Source: Camelus ferus (lineage: Eukaryota). From it: a DNA stretch of 64,000 nt. Below, in pieces: positions 24,241-37,559 of this stretch (positions are counted from its first letter, which is position 1; the number at the start of each line of letters is the position of its first letter). A program made the position numbers and the translations under genes. The notes under the pieces are model-generated. The model made no database searches. It had not been told where the DNA came from and saw only the letters and a program-made list of their open reading frames with translations. Location of the stretch: assembly GCF_009834535.1 (NCBI RefSeq), contig NC_045697.1, positions 73,224,001 to 73,288,000 of the forward strand, read 5' to 3'.

Positions 24241-24270
24241 TAACTGACTATACTTCAATTAAAAAAAAAA
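24241..24270 (+). mobile_element. Extremely 5'-truncated L1 (about 20 nt plus poly(A))
   Basis: aactgactatacttcaat matches the terminus of the L1 at 29591-29608. Degenerate TSD aaaacccacacac / aaaacttgcacgc. Confidence 0.65.
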
Positions 24271-24384
24271 CTTGCACGCTTGCATTTTTTCACCCACTAT
24301 TAAAGCTCAAAAAATAGTATGTGCATGCTGGATAGACACGTGAATGAGCATAGCAGTCTTCTCTCTGTTCTAAGTCCAGGAAAC

Positions 24385-24600
24385 AGTAACAAAAATGATG
24401 ACGACAACATTTACTGAGATTTTTTTCCAAACAAATTGATGATATGGGACCACTACCATGATCTTTATTATATAGACAAGAAAGTGAGGCTTGGAAAGTT
24501 TAAGTAATTTAGCCAATATCACACAGCTGCTAACTGATGGAACTTGGGATTAAAACTAGGCATTCTTGTTTCGGAGCTCGGATTTTCAACTCCCAAACTT
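24385..24600 (-). mobile_element. MIR SINE
   Basis: tatagacaagaaagtgaggcttggaaagttaagtaatttagccaatatcacacagct...gggattaaaactagg. Confidence 0.8.
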
Positions 24601-24910
24601 TACCGACTCTTCAATGGTGACAACTTTTATGCTACCTTTGCCGAGCGTAATAGCACCTATTACCAGCTGATGGTGGTACAGGTACTTCAAGAGATGTACG
24701 TACGTTTGTAACTTGAATTTTTGTTCATTCCTTCACGTGGTACGCACATAAGAGGCGTAGATGTACAATTTCACATCAAAGACATTGGCCACTCAAAAAA
24801 CAAATCTAAAATTGGACCGTATCACTGATATATTCTAAATAACTGAATATATCCCCAGCAAAAACTATTTGAATACATTTGAAGGTATAAAATATCCATT
24901 ATTAGTTAGA

Positions 24911-25203
24911 CCAGTTCTTCTCAAACTCTCTTATAAAGGACTGGTTTTTATCTCACCACCGTCATTTTGCATGGACTGGAATGAACTGGTATGAATGAAT
25001 GCGTGCCTATCATTTCACCAAAAACAAATTATTACATAAATTTGCCATCAGCACAGCCTGGCTATGTCATGCTCAGTAAGATTTGTTCATACACCATATG
25101 TTTGGATGTTTCTGCAATGTCAAATTATAAAAATTTCTAATCACTTTATTTCTGTACTTTAATTACCAGATACCCAAAACAGATCACACTTGAAACAGCA
25201 CTG
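24911..25203. mobile_element. hAT-Charlie-type MITE
   Basis: Inverted termini cagttcttctcaa / ttgaaacagcactg; internal gcaatgtcaaatt..tttctgtact is shared with the 42.4 kb copy. Confidence 0.6.
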
Positions 25204-28200
25204 ATTCTGACAACTGGGTGTGAGCCCCAACAAGGGCTGGCCAATTCTGACACCAGAAAGATGAAAGAAAATAAGTCCCCAAAATGATGAGTCCATTTAT
25301 AAATACTTTTAAAAAAAATCCTTCTAAATGAAAAACCAAACAGCAAAATTACCACTACTTGCCAATGTTAATTTTACGGGCAAAATTTAGAATACATAAT
25401 ATAGTAGTAAGAAGAAATAGCATTTTAATAGATCACAGACATCTCTTTTAAAGCCAAAATTGTCTTTGCTTAAAATAAGACCCCATTTAGGCTTCTTTGT
25501 GCAGAAAAGTTAAGGCCCAGAAGAAATATTTACAATAGTCACCATATTCAAATATGACTCCCCACAAAAACGAAAACTGAACAGCTCTGCCTATGAAATG
25601 AACAGAAACTGGTGGTGAGTGAGAGAAGGAGGTGGGGTGGTGGGAACTTCTGGAAACATAGTAGATATCCTGAAAACTCTCGGTCTACAAAGCATAAAAT
25701 ACAAAACAAAACTGGCTGAAAGACATACTTTTAATTTTCTTAAAAGCTGGCAAGTAATAAGCGAGCTCTCAGAGAAGACAGAAATGAAATGAAAGCCTGA
25801 CTGCATTCGTCAAAGCAGGCGCTAAAGCTGGCGGCTTCCCTGGTGGAGCTGGCCAGGTCCCTCTAATCTAGAGTCCTGGGTTTGAATGCGCACCCGGAGA
25901 GAAGACACATGGCCTCTACCCACGCACACCGAAGAGCTGGACGAGGGAGTCCCATAAAGAGCCCAAGGATTTAAAGTAAAAGGATGGACCGGAAAATTAT
26001 CTGCGCACAAAGGTAGATGCAAGGGAACTGACTAGTTCAGCCTCATATTTGAGTGCGTAAAAATACTATGTCTTAGAAGTAAGAGTGTGGGTTTCAAATG
26101 CTCACAAATCACATGACCTGGAGAAGCCCATTTAAAATTTAATTTAAAATGGTCATGGATTGATGGCCCCTCAACACCAATCATGAAAATATCATCCTGG
26201 GAAAGGCACAGTTAAAACCCAGTTCTCATAGACTTCTATAAATTATATCATGAATCATGTGAGTTCACAATAAAAACAAAATACCAGAGGAAACAAAAAT
26301 TGAGGAGAGGGGAGAGTGAAAGGGAACTAAATTACAAATTATGTACCCAGAGTCTGCGGAGGAAATTTGTCACTGAGAAACTACCAGTGGTTCATGGCCA
26401 AAGGATATTTTAAGAACAAAGATGTCTGCTATTTGATATTAAGGAGTTTTAACTGTTATGATTATAGCCCCTTTGAAAACTTTTAACACCCTCTGCTACA
26501 TACACAAATGCCTTGAGTGTGACCTTTGGTGAGAAAATCTAGGAAAAGAGGCTTAGATCCAGATGCAGTTCACTGTTCAGTAGAGATGAGAGCAGCCATG
26601 GAGATCAATTCAAGTGAGAGAACTCAATGGGAGCAAGCATTCAGTTTGACTCTTCTAAACCCAGGGTTCTGGATCTCTTCAAAGCTCCCCAAACCAGATT
26701 ATTTTCAGTGTTAGTTTGGCATAAATCCACTCCTTCTATTACTTATTAGTAGACTATTTATCTTAAATTATAAGATCCACTAGGGAAAAGTCAAAAAGGA
26801 GAGTCTGGGAGCCATGCCCAGGAACCCTCCAGCTCGACAGTCATAAGAGACCATGCTTCTGTGACATGATGGAGGGGTTGCTTTGGCAGGATCCTTAGAC
26901 TTTATATTAACATGCCAAGCTTTGAAAGTTTTAAATATGTGTGAAATGTACCATTATAACTTAATATTCTGTAATTGTAACATTGTATTCTATAACTTAC
27001 AGTGATAAAATCTAAAGCCTCCATTTTATTTGATGGATGCTAGGAAGGCAAGACTAAATCCTGCCCTTAAGGAAGGTACTTTATTGTTGTTTTTTCAATA
27101 AGTCTCATAAAGACAAAAACAAAAACAAATAACAAAAGAAAACCAGGGGAAAAACTAAGACTCCCGTTGTAACTATTAATTCGTAATCAGCATTTGTTCC
27201 CACACCTCCTGTCCTAATCATCCAGGCTGACTTCTTGGATGGCTTATGTATTCTTGTGGCATGGGGCAAGGGACATATAAACTAGTCTCAGACATTTTTT
27301 TCTTGTCCTGATTAACCTCAGCTTCTCTCTTGGCTAATGTAATGAAAGTTCTCTTATCTCTTCACAGAAAAGTCATGGTCTGCCCTCCCAGAAGCTTCAG
27401 ATAAGGTCCCATATTGCACTCACTCAGGTCACGCTGATGACCTCTGGACCCCCAATCCAAATCTGTGAGTCTCCAGGTCTACCTGTTGTATCCTCCACCC
27501 CCCAGCTTTGTAAATCTTTGCATTCTTGCAAAGACCATCCACTCTCTATGGGGGCTTTCCACTTCCAAGCAAGCAGCTCTTGGAGATCGAGTACAAAGAT
27601 TGCGTTTTGTGTGGGCTTTTTTCCTTTTGTTTCCAACATCCCGACTGCCCACTTCTCCTGGGCCTCTCTGCTCATGAGATCAATGACACTTACTTCGCCA
27701 GATAGAAGATATAGACAGCATAAAACAAAGAGGTCATTTCTAGAAAACAGTCTGAAATCTAGGAAGGACAAAGCACTTTACAGATTAGAAGGGAGTCGCT
27801 GGATAACTATGCAGGAGACAAGACTAGTGTTACAACCCTGCTGATGTCTCTGAGGAAGGATCGAGTGCTTCCACCTCGTAAACCTAAGGTCCGGGGAAGC
27901 ATGAGATGAAAGAAATCTCAAATAAGCTGATGGGAAAAAACAAAAGCAGAGGGGGCTTGTGATACTCTTTTGGTTTGGAATCCTGGGAAGAAATGCCTTA
28001 TAGATGGTCATTTGCCAAAACTGAGTGGACAGAGTAGAATAAAAACATTAGCATAATATATTAGATAAAGAAATGTCTGAAACATACTTTACACATACCA
28101 GCTTGAGACTATCTCATAAAAATCAGATGGCATTAGGCAAGGTCTAGAATTTTTAAAAAGATCTTAGGAAGGATTTGAAAGCCCCAAGAGTGCTGTGGAG

Positions 28201-28738
28201 AGACAGGATGGGGTGTGATTTCAAGACAAGGAAACCACAGGGTGTTTTTTCCCTGCAGATGGAGACGCTGAGAGACTGAGGACATGAACAGCAAATTCCA
28301 CCAAGCTCCCTCCTGCTAGGAGTAAGCTGGCTGTGTGTAGTGGAGGCCAGGAAGGACATAACTGAGGCTATGGCAGAAAGAAGGAGGGCAGAGGCACCCT
28401 CAAATCCTCCGTGGAGCCTGCTCTCATCTCAGGCTTGTAGGCTTATATGACAGGTGGGGAGCAATTAAGAAAAAGGGCTGGAAGAGGGGAAACTCTTCAT
28501 TGTCTGAAAGAATTTAAAAGAGGTTATTTTTTAAACTGGACCATGATTACAGTTAAGTCTTGAATTCCTAAATATTGAACCACAGTAGGGAGTTTAATGA
28601 GCCAGTTCAGTTAAATAAATTCACACTTTAGCACTTCCGTGTCCTATTGTGTATTCAATCTTCTAATGATTTCTTTCTGCACAAAGAGAATTTTACTTGT
28701 ATTAGTGTACCTGCAATTAAAGATGTAATGTTGATGTA

Positions 28739-29115
28739 CAAAACCTCACACCAATCAGAATGGCCATCATTAAAAAATCCACAAATGATAAATGCTGGAC
28801 AGGGTGTGGAGAAAAAGGAACCTTCCTGCACTGGTGGTGAGACTATAGTTTGGTGCAGCCACTATGGAAAACAGTAGGGAGACTCCTTCAAAAACTAAAA
28901 ATAGACTCACCCTGTGATCCAATAATTCCACTCTTGGGCATATATCCAGAGAGAACTTTAATTTGAAAAGATACATGCACCCCAAAGTTCATAGCAGCAC
29001 TATTTACAATAGCCAAGACATGGAAACAACATAATATCCATCAATAGATGGCTGGATAAAGAAATTGTACACACAGACACACACACAGACACACAGACAC
29101 ACACAGACACACACA

Positions 29116-29152
<37 letters not shown>

Positions 29153-29650
29153 GAATACTACTTAGCCATGAAAAGAATAAAATAATGCCATTTGCTGCAA
29201 CATGAATGAACCTGGAGATTGCCATTCTAAGTGAGGTAAGCCAGAAAGAGAAAGAAAAATACTATATGATATCACTCATATGTGAAATCTAAGGAAAAAA
29301 AAAGACACTAATGAACTTATTTCCAAAACAGAAACAGACTCATAGACACAGAAAACAAGCTTATGGTTACCAGAGGAGAAAGAGGTGGGAAGGGATAAAT
29401 TGGGAGTTTGAGATTTGCAGATACTAACTACTATATGTAAAATAGATAAACAAGCTTCTACTATATAGCACAGGGAATTATCAATATCTTATAGTAACCT
29501 ATAATGAAAAAGAATACGAAAAGGAATATATGTATGTATATGTATGACTGAAATATGATGCTGTACACCAGAAATTGATACAACATTGTAAACTGACTAT
29601 ACTTCAATAAAAAAATAAAATAAAATAAAAAGTTAGAAAGTAAAAACAGA
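28739..29650 (+). mobile_element. 5'-truncated lineage-specific L1 with internal (CA)n and TSD
   Basis: ORF2 C-terminus (cctcacaccaatcagaatggccatcattaaaaa...), 3' UTR and a long A-rich tail. TSD aatgttgatgta (28727-28738) / aatgttaatgca (29651-29662). Confidence 0.92.
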
Positions 29651-30424
29651 AATGTTAATGCAATTTTAATAAAAATCTTTATAGCTAAAGTAAGGAAAAA
29701 TTCTGCTATGTCCTAAAAATTTTAAATAATTGTGCAGCTTTTAACTTCATATAGCCTATGCAGATATGACCCAAGTAGATACTTTGACAGCCTTCACATA
29801 CAAAGCATCAACATATTCTTTAAATAATGGTTATCTGACCAAATAAGACAGTGCCATAAAAGCACTAAACTGTGATGCATTGCCTTTTTTCTAGAGGTGA
29901 ATAGCATCAGAGAATTCCAGCATGTTCTCTTACTATTAAATTAATGCCACATGCACTACAAAGTCCGACCTGAACAAGAGAGACACATAACCTGTGTAAG
30001 AAATCCTTGCTCAGAAAGGGCAGAACAGAACACAAGAAATAAGACAAATTGTCTTTTTGCCATGGAATATTAGCCTCTGCGAGCCCTATAAGATCTGCCT
30101 ATGTTCCTTCCAAACAGGAAAATTCTTGAAAATTGCATCTGTCCTTCATTGTCTTTGTGCCTCCTTAGGCTTGACCAGTTTGTCTTTTTTGCAGTTGAGA
30201 AGAATTTGAAATTCTTGACTCTATGTGACAGAGGTTGTAGTTTATTATTACGCAAACATATACAAGAGGAGTAGCTGGCTGAGTTAATGCAAAATAATAT
30301 GAAACAGGAAAAAGAATTTAATCTCTAAATTGGTCTTTGCTTTTCTCTGTGGTTTAAAAAAATCATATCAACATACCTAATCATCTAGCAGTGTGATACT
30401 TTAATCTAGCAGAACACACCCCAA

Positions 30425-30884
30425 GCCTGCCCTGTTTGGCACATTAGTCTGTCACTAGCCACATATGATGATGAACCATTAGAAATGTGGAACATGAGAC
30501 TGATCAATGGAATTATTCATTTAAATTAATTTAAATTTAAATTTAAAGTAGAAGCAGTGTAAAATGTTTTCCCATTAAATATAATATTACTCTTTTGGTT
30601 GGACTACATTTCACTTTGAACCTTGAATCATGTAAGATATCACTGCTATATTACAGTATGTTGGATGCTTGTGTCATTTTTAGTATCACATATAACCAGA
30701 TGATTCTAGTATTACACATAAACAGATCACTCGTCTAGTTGGTATGAATTGATTGGTTCAGTTCAAATGATTATTTGTAGCCACTGATGTAACATTATTA
30801 AAATAGTGAAAAAGTAATACAATTATTTTGATATGTTACGCAGACAATATAAGTTATAGTGATATTCATGTAAATATAAACCAC
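30425..30884. mobile_element. hAT-Charlie1/MER3/MER33-like fragment
   Basis: cactagccacatatg...aaatgtgg..gagactga..tttaaattaatttaaatttaaatttaaa. Confidence 0.55.
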
Positions 30885-31265
30885 TGTATTAGATATCTAT
30901 GGCTGTGTAACAAGTTACTCCAAAATTTAGTGGATTAAAACAACAGCTACTTGCTACCTCACAGTTCCAATGGACCATACGATGTGATGTGGTTTGGCTG
31001 GGTGCCTCTGATTGTGGGTCATTCACAAAGCTTCCAGGAAAGTGTTGGTTAGTGTTGTAGTCATCTTGATTCTTGACTGAAAAAGGATTTACTTCTTCTA
31101 AGCTCACTCATATAAATATTGTCAGGTTTCAAGTCCTCAGTGACTGTTGGCTTGAGACAACAAATCCTTGCCACGTGGGCTTTTCCATCTATAGAGAGCT
31201 TAGTTCTTTGAGAACAAGGACTCTGAGAAAAAGAGACACAGAGAGAAATAGACAGACAGAGACAC
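30885..31265 (-). mobile_element. MaLR LTR (MLT1F/G/H-like)
   Basis: tgtattagatatctatggctgtgtaacaagttactccaaaatttagtggattaaaacaaca...ccttgccacgtgggc. Confidence 0.75.
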
Positions 31266-31279
31266 ACTGTATACAACAG

Positions 31280-31680
31280 TATCAGAATATCAAATAGGAA
31301 AAATTGTGACAATAGGTTCAAAGATCTGAAAGAAATTAAGCAACACCTAAATAAACAGAGAGATGTATCATGTTGTGTGTTCAAGACTCAATATTTTTAA
31401 GATATCAACTCTCCCTAAATTGATATATAGATTGAATGCAATACCAGTTGAAATCTTCAGTGGGTTTTTCTGTGCAGCAGCTAGTTCTAAAATATATACG
31501 GAAATGCAAAGGACCTAGAATATCAAGGGCAACCTTGAAAAAAATTCAGAAGACTTTATTATACTATATTATTGTATAGGATAGTAATCAAGACAGCATG
31601 TTATTAATATACAAATAGACAAATAATACAATGGAAGCAAATACTGATTCTGGAAATAGATCTTTGCACATATAGCAAGT
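31280..31680 (+). mobile_element. L1 ORF2 fragment
   Basis: aagactcaatatttttaagatatcaactctccctaaattgatatatagattgaatgcaataccag..ggaaatgcaaaggacctagaata. Confidence 0.8.
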
Positions 31681-31681
31681 A

Positions 31682-32120
31682 TGAGAAGAGAGGGACATAT
31701 GGTGCCAAGACACATCCCAGAAGACAGCATCCCAGACTGAAGGAGAAGTTGTGAAAGAGGTCCAGCGAATTATCTTACTGGCTCAGGTAGCAAGCAAGTT
31801 CTGCAGGGTAGCAAGAAGTTGAACCTGAAGATTTTTCCTGACATAGTGGCAGATAAATTTAATAGGTCATCTGCCATAGATCTCTTGGGAACTGCTGAAT
31901 GTGGCCGTCCTATCTGCTGGGAACAAGGACTGACCAGGTATCTGATTGACTAACTTCCTTAAAAAATGTCCAACAAACCCCAAAAGCTACATTGAGAAGT
32001 TCGTCTTACATTGAAATTTGATCTTACTGCCTAGTACGACAGCATAAGGTGCCTGAATTTCCTCATCACGCCATATCTTGGGCTGGGGTTGGGGGGGTGG
32101 AGGTGAGCCTAAGATGTCCC
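31682..32120. mobile_element. Unclassified LTR-like insertion
   Basis: About 440 bp with abruptly higher GC content that truncates the L1; family not recognised. Confidence 0.3.
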
Positions 32121-33454
32121 ACCCAAGAAAAGAACAGACAGTCCTTTACTTTTTTATTCAACATGAACAAGCTTTTCAGTTACTGCGTGTATTATTGTTC
32201 TTGAGTCGTTAAGGTGACACACATACAACAAAACAGCAGAATGATCTTAAAGATAATAAGACACTTAATTGTTCCTATGCATTAATAAGATTTAGGAATA
32301 AGAATAATTGAAAGTTAAAAGCTCATTAGTGAAATAGGAACAAAAGGAGATGTTACATGTCTGCTGATAGTGTTTTCACCATTAGGTCACATTGAATCAG
32401 TTTAAAGAATTTTTTAAAAATGGATCAGCAATGATATTATGGACTTAATTTAATAATAATGATAAAAGTTTGGTTCTAGAATATTAGAATATTAGAATAA
32501 TTCAATTAAAATTATTAAAATTCTATCAAATCATTTACTCCATAGATTTAGTCTCACATATTTTTTTTAAAACTTCTACATTTCAGGAGTGGGCATACAT
32601 TATAGAGTATAAAGTAAAAAAGATAAAAAGAGAGCGAGAGTGTAAAGTTGATATTAGAGATCTTTATAAAATCTTGGATTTGGTACTTTGTTAACTGAAA
32701 TCACCTGTAATAAAACGTGAGCGTTCCTCCCAGAGCAAGGCTGCAACCTCTTATGGCTTATCCCTGACCTCCATTATTTGAAAAAATAAACTTATCCCTG
32801 TGTCATGCCGTTGAAAAAAAAAAAAGACATTGATGCATGAATGTGTGGTGAAATTTTAAAAATACGCAACGACTCTTGGGAAATATACTCACTCCGTTAG
32901 AGAGAAGAAATAACAGAGAGAGTGAAAGTCAAAAACTCCCTTGCTCCTGTGAGTTGTCAGTGCACTGCAGAGTCTTAGCAATGCTCCCTATGACAATCGC
33001 TTAGCTAGTTTCTATTTTTAAAGTCCTACTATGCCTCTAAAACAATCTGGTTGCTTTATCTGTAAGAAAATTCTAATTATCTCTTCTCTACTACTTGAAT
33101 ATCCATGATAAGCAAGCTTTTAACTGTGTTGGTAACAATTAACATTTTCTCCATTTTAATTTTATGAAAATTCAGTCACTATTTCCAAACAAGCAAAAGA
33201 TCTTCAAAGGCAAATCATTTTTCCAGCTACTGGTTGTCATTAAATAGAGACTGTGCTGAGTAGCCTCCTTACTTTAAGCCATGAATATTTTCATGTTGCT
33301 AGAGGATTTTCTCCCTAAAGTCCTATTTTATTCTCAGCTAAGGTGACCAGTCACAATTATGTGGACTGGACACCCTTTAACCTAGGGGAATAATAACCTG
33401 CCTTTCTGGAATAAATACACTGGAATTTTTAGATAATGATAAGGTTTTAGAATA

Positions 33455-33760
33455 AACTAGCAGCTAAAGGATCTGCAGACAGGTTTTGTTTGGTTCACTA
33501 GAGTTTCTTTGTATGTTAAATTTAGCCAATATTTTGAAAACAGATCATTTAATATGAAAATCTACACTTCTAGTTTCTCCTCAAAAACTGAAAATCTCAC
33601 AACTCTGAGTCTGAATTCCTGTCTGGTACTCATTATTAGAGCTGAGAAACTGCTTTCCTCTTTACATAAGCAAAACTCTCTAGTGTGTCTGTCTTTTTTT
33701 CATGAAACAGCATCATTCATTGTATTTTTACCTAGAAAACATGATTTTGTCATCTCTAGA
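33455..33760. mobile_element. hAT MER102-like element
   Basis: cagacaggttttgtttgg..., aaaaatctacacttctagtttctc.., agagctgag. Confidence 0.5.
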
Positions 33761-34449
33761 ATCCCCAGGATAACGGAGAATTCGAGTGCTAATAAACCAT
33801 GTTCTAATTCCCCTCCTGAACTGATAACCCACTGAGAAAGAGGAAAAAATTCAAAAGCAAAAGATCAAAATATCAGCTTTAGTTTTAATAAAAACTAATT
33901 AAAAGGGTGGCACTTTCGATGTGTGCCCAAATGTGTTTCCAAATGTTCCACCGCCATTAACCCCATCTCCCAGTTCAGACCATGGAGTGGTCCACTGGAG
34001 GCTCTAAAGAATGGACTCCCACAAGGTCCTTGCCTCACATGGTCTCAGGCAAAGGGGAGAAAAGAACACTGATCTCCAGTGTTCATGTTCTTTTTAGACT
34101 AGCTTTGTCCAAAAAAGAAACTTGGACAATGAATTTCAGACTTTTGCCAACCACCAATTAGCAACTCATTCCTTCCTCAAAGAGTGGGGATGGTGTGAAG
34201 AGAGGCCATGTGGAGAGGGCGCTCCATATGGAAACACCAGTCGACACTAAAATTAGTGTTTCCTGGTAAAACAATAAGTGAGATATGAATCTTTATAAAG
34301 GGACACTCGGATAGTGGATAGTGAGTGACATGAACTTCAAGGGGCAATGGCAGTGACGTGAAAAGCTAGTGGCAGACAGAGGCTTTTGAATACCTATCAA
34401 ATACTTTTTCCAATTCTCTAACAAATTAAAATAATTTTGATTTTAGCTA

Positions 34450-34848
34450 AGTGTGTTGCCATACGAGTAAGGACCAACTTTCCTTACAGCTAGGTCTGAT
34501 CATGTGAGTAAATCTGATCACTAAGGTGTAAGTGGATATGTGATGTGGAACTTCCAAGTTGTCTTCTGGCAAGGATGGAAGAAACATATCCCCTTTCAGC
34601 CTTTGTTTTGTTTTCTATTGCTTGAAACATAGATGTGATGGCTAAAGCTTCAACAGCCATCTTGGACCAGGATGGCAAAGCCATGAGCTGGAAGGAATCC
34701 CAGGTCCCGATGCCCATAGAACCATCATGACAGTGCTCTATAATCTACAGAATTATTTCACGTGCAGGAGAAATATACAGCTATCTTATTTAAGCAACCA
34801 TTACTTGAGATTCTGTTTTATGAAGCTGAACTTAAACCAGACTGGTAG
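34450..34848 (+). mobile_element. MaLR LTR (MLT1J-like)
   Basis: gatgtgatggctaaagcttcaacagccatcttggacca..., ctatcttatttaagcaaccatta..gctgaacttaaac. Confidence 0.75.
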
Positions 34849-35039
34849 AGTTCAGTATGAAACAAATTAGTCCAATGGGAGAAACATGAATTGACAGGAT
34901 AAAGAAGTCCTGCATCATCTCTTTTGTGTATAGTTCAAATCATAGGATCACTTAATGTGCCTGTTAAGAAACAATTAACCAGTTACATATTTAATATCAG
35001 GAAACAAAGTATATGCTAGAAAGCATATTACATACCGTT

Positions 35040-35420
35040 ATTAACTTTCCTGCCTCCAGTTTGCTGCCCTGTCCTGTTGTTTTGTCCCATTCTGTCCTCA
35101 ACAAGGCATGGAGCAACCTTACCAACAAAAATTCTGATCACACCACTCTTGTTTAAAATATTTAATGGCAAATCTTGTGCCTAGCTTAAGGTCAAAAGCC
35201 CTCAGTATACCATCCTTTGTGACCTGATCCTAGATGACCTCTTCAACCGCGTCCCCTGCCCCTCCTTACCTTGTCTCATGCTTGTATGTCCCACACGCTC
35301 TCTGAGCTCTGCGTGTTTGTGCATGCTCTTCTTCCCCTCAGAAATACTTCCCACTCTTACATCTGTGTTGCAGGGAATGGCTAGTCACTCCTCAATTCCA
35401 TTTCCTCTTCCTTCTAGATA
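35040..35420 (+). mobile_element. L2 fragment
   Basis: aaaattctgatcacaccactcttgtttaaaa..., tgacctgatcc.., tttgtgcatgct. Confidence 0.55.
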
Positions 35421-35509
35421 TTTCTCAGTTCCTCATTTGCATGAAGATTAGATCATGTGACTAGTTTAGGACAAATAACTTTGATAAAGTGATGTATACA
35501 ACCTTCAGA

Positions 35510-35745
35510 TGTAGGTGAAGACCCAGTGTCCCATCTTCCTGCCTTGCTCTTCCCCTTTGCATAGCTGGAAAGAACGATTCTAATATGAGTGAAACCACAT
35601 TATTGAAAGAAACTGGATTCTTCAGGGAAGAGGTATCCTGAGGAGCCAGCAACCCACACTGCAATGTAACATGAGAAAGAAACACCTTTATTGTACTAAG
35701 TCACTTTATTTGTTACCACAGCACAGCCTAACCCACTTGACTAAT
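35510..35745 (+). mobile_element. MaLR LTR 3' fragment (MLT1)
   Basis: atgtaacatgagaaagaaacacctttattgtactaagtcact..tttgttaccacagcacagccta..tgactaat. Confidence 0.65.
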
Positions 35746-35763
35746 GAAATACACCTGATATTC

Positions 35764-35923
35764 CTTTTTATAAGTATTTTTATTTTTTATTTATGTTTTA
35801 TTTTCAGGGGGAGGCAGTTAGGTTTATTTTTATTTATTTGTTTTTCTAATGGAGGCTCTGGGGATTGAACCCAGGACATGGTGCATGCTAAACACGCACT
35901 CTACCACTGAGTATACCCTCCCC
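35764..35923 (-). mobile_element. tRNA-Ala-derived camelid SINE (Vic-1-like) with TSD
   Basis: Reverse complement GGGGAGGGTATACTCAGTGGTAGAG...GGTTCAATCCCC with A and B boxes and an A-rich tail. TSD tgaaatacacctgatattc (35745-35763) / tgaaatctgcctgatattc (35924-35942). Confidence 0.9.
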
Positions 35924-36094
35924 TGAAATCTGCCTGATATTCTAAAGCATAAATATTTAAGCTTAGTTAAAGCAGCTCTTCCTCATGGAAGCTCTTCCTT
36001 ACATGCCTCCAGTTTCTCAGTTTATGTTCTATCTCTTATCTAAATATTTCTGAAACCTTCTGTGCACTTCTGTATCAATAAGTATAGAAAGAAA

Positions 36095-36403
36095 GGGTCG
36101 GAAGTGGGACTGGGCAGACGGAGAAGATATCACGTAGGCTCAATGGACGCTTTTGCTGCTCAGTGACTCTTCAGAATTGTCCTGAGTAGGGCCAAAACTA
36201 ACAGACTTTTAACCTCACACATCAGTCATTGGATGCAGGCTATCAGAGGAAGAAGTCTGGCCTTGGTCAAGATGATTTCCCATAGACGAGGTAGTTCTTA
36301 AAGGGGCTGACAGCTACAGGCAGTCTGCTGACTGCACTCCCCCACGGACTGAACAAGATCGTGTTGAGGGGAGGTCAGGGTTGCATACCACAGCTTCCGC
36401 TAC
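36095..36403 (-). mobile_element. ERVL LTR, LTR33-like
   Basis: ggactgggcaga.., catcagtcattggatgcaggct.., ending ccacagcttccgctaca. Confidence 0.6.
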
Positions 36404-37212
36404 AGCAGTCTTCTCTCAACTCCACAAACATGCCATTGTCCTGGTACCACATGATCTTTGTACATATTCCAGTTTTATCCTACTTTACACCTCAGGTGAA
36501 TGATGGAATAGTATTATATAATACAGAATAGTATACTTTGCAACACACATGTAAAAGGAAACATTTAATTCAATTGCATATAATTATAGTAAAAGAGACA
36601 AATGAAATCAAACGAAATATATAAAGCAACAGTATAACTGAATTACTCTAGAGACATACAGAGAAGTTAGGCTGATTGTTTTTAAAAAATCTAGTTAAGT
36701 CAAGAAATATAGGAAATAAACATTACATTTTTGGCTGCTTCTGTATCTCTACTCCCTCCTCCCACAATTTCTAACTCAGAATTTATTAAACAATGAGCAC
36801 TGAATGGAGATTAAATAACTGAGAAACAGCTGTAAGACAAAAAGGAAAAAGGAAAAGCTAAATGATGAAAGAGATGGAAACGTTATCAAAAATAAGAGGA
36901 TAAAGAAAGCAGTCTTTTGCTAATCTCATTGTAGGCCAGCTAAACGGCAAAGACTGGAAGCTATGCTGAGTCAGATGGTACTGTGTTCTTTAGGATGGAT
37001 GCAGAAAGTTGGTACTGGAAGGTAGGAAACAAAATAAATTAACTTTGGAGCCAGAAAAATGTTATCATTAATAAGAATTCTTGTTATATCTATTGAAGCA
37101 GTTCTAAACAGACTGATTGCTCTCCTTACGATTTGCAGGTTTTTCAGGAAAACATCTTTTTGTGTTTGAATGTGCAGATTTCCTACTGTGCATTGGAAAC
37201 GTGTGATTACAA

Positions 37213-37550
37213 GATTCATTCAAAGATATTTTAATAAGCACCAATAGCGTCTGAGGAAGTTCTATGAACTGGAGAACTAGCAGTCAAAAAAATATACCAG
37301 CCTAATAGAGCTTGTATCCTACTTTGGACAATAAGAAAATGAGTAAGAAAATAAGTGAAAAAAGAACAAGTGCTGAGAAGAGACATAAAGCCGAGAAAGG
37401 AACCTATAGAAAAAGTGCAGTGAGCTCAGGGAAATGCAGTGGGAGACGAGGTCAGAGAAGGAACATGGGGTTGGACAGTAAGAAAAATTACAAGGGTCCC
37501 AGAAAAATTTAAGCAATTTGGCTTTTATGCTAAGTGAAACAGTCAGGTTT
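37213..37550 (-). mobile_element. L2 3' end (antisense)
   Basis: attcattcaaagatattttaataagcacca..., agagcttgtatccta.., aagtgctgagaaga. Confidence 0.55.
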
Positions 37551-37559
37551 TGGAAAAAT

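Noticed and set aside
27424..27844. Overlapping 115-135 aa ORFs on both strands
   Set aside because: No domain-like features or clear exon boundaries; the locally higher GC content explains the longer open frames.
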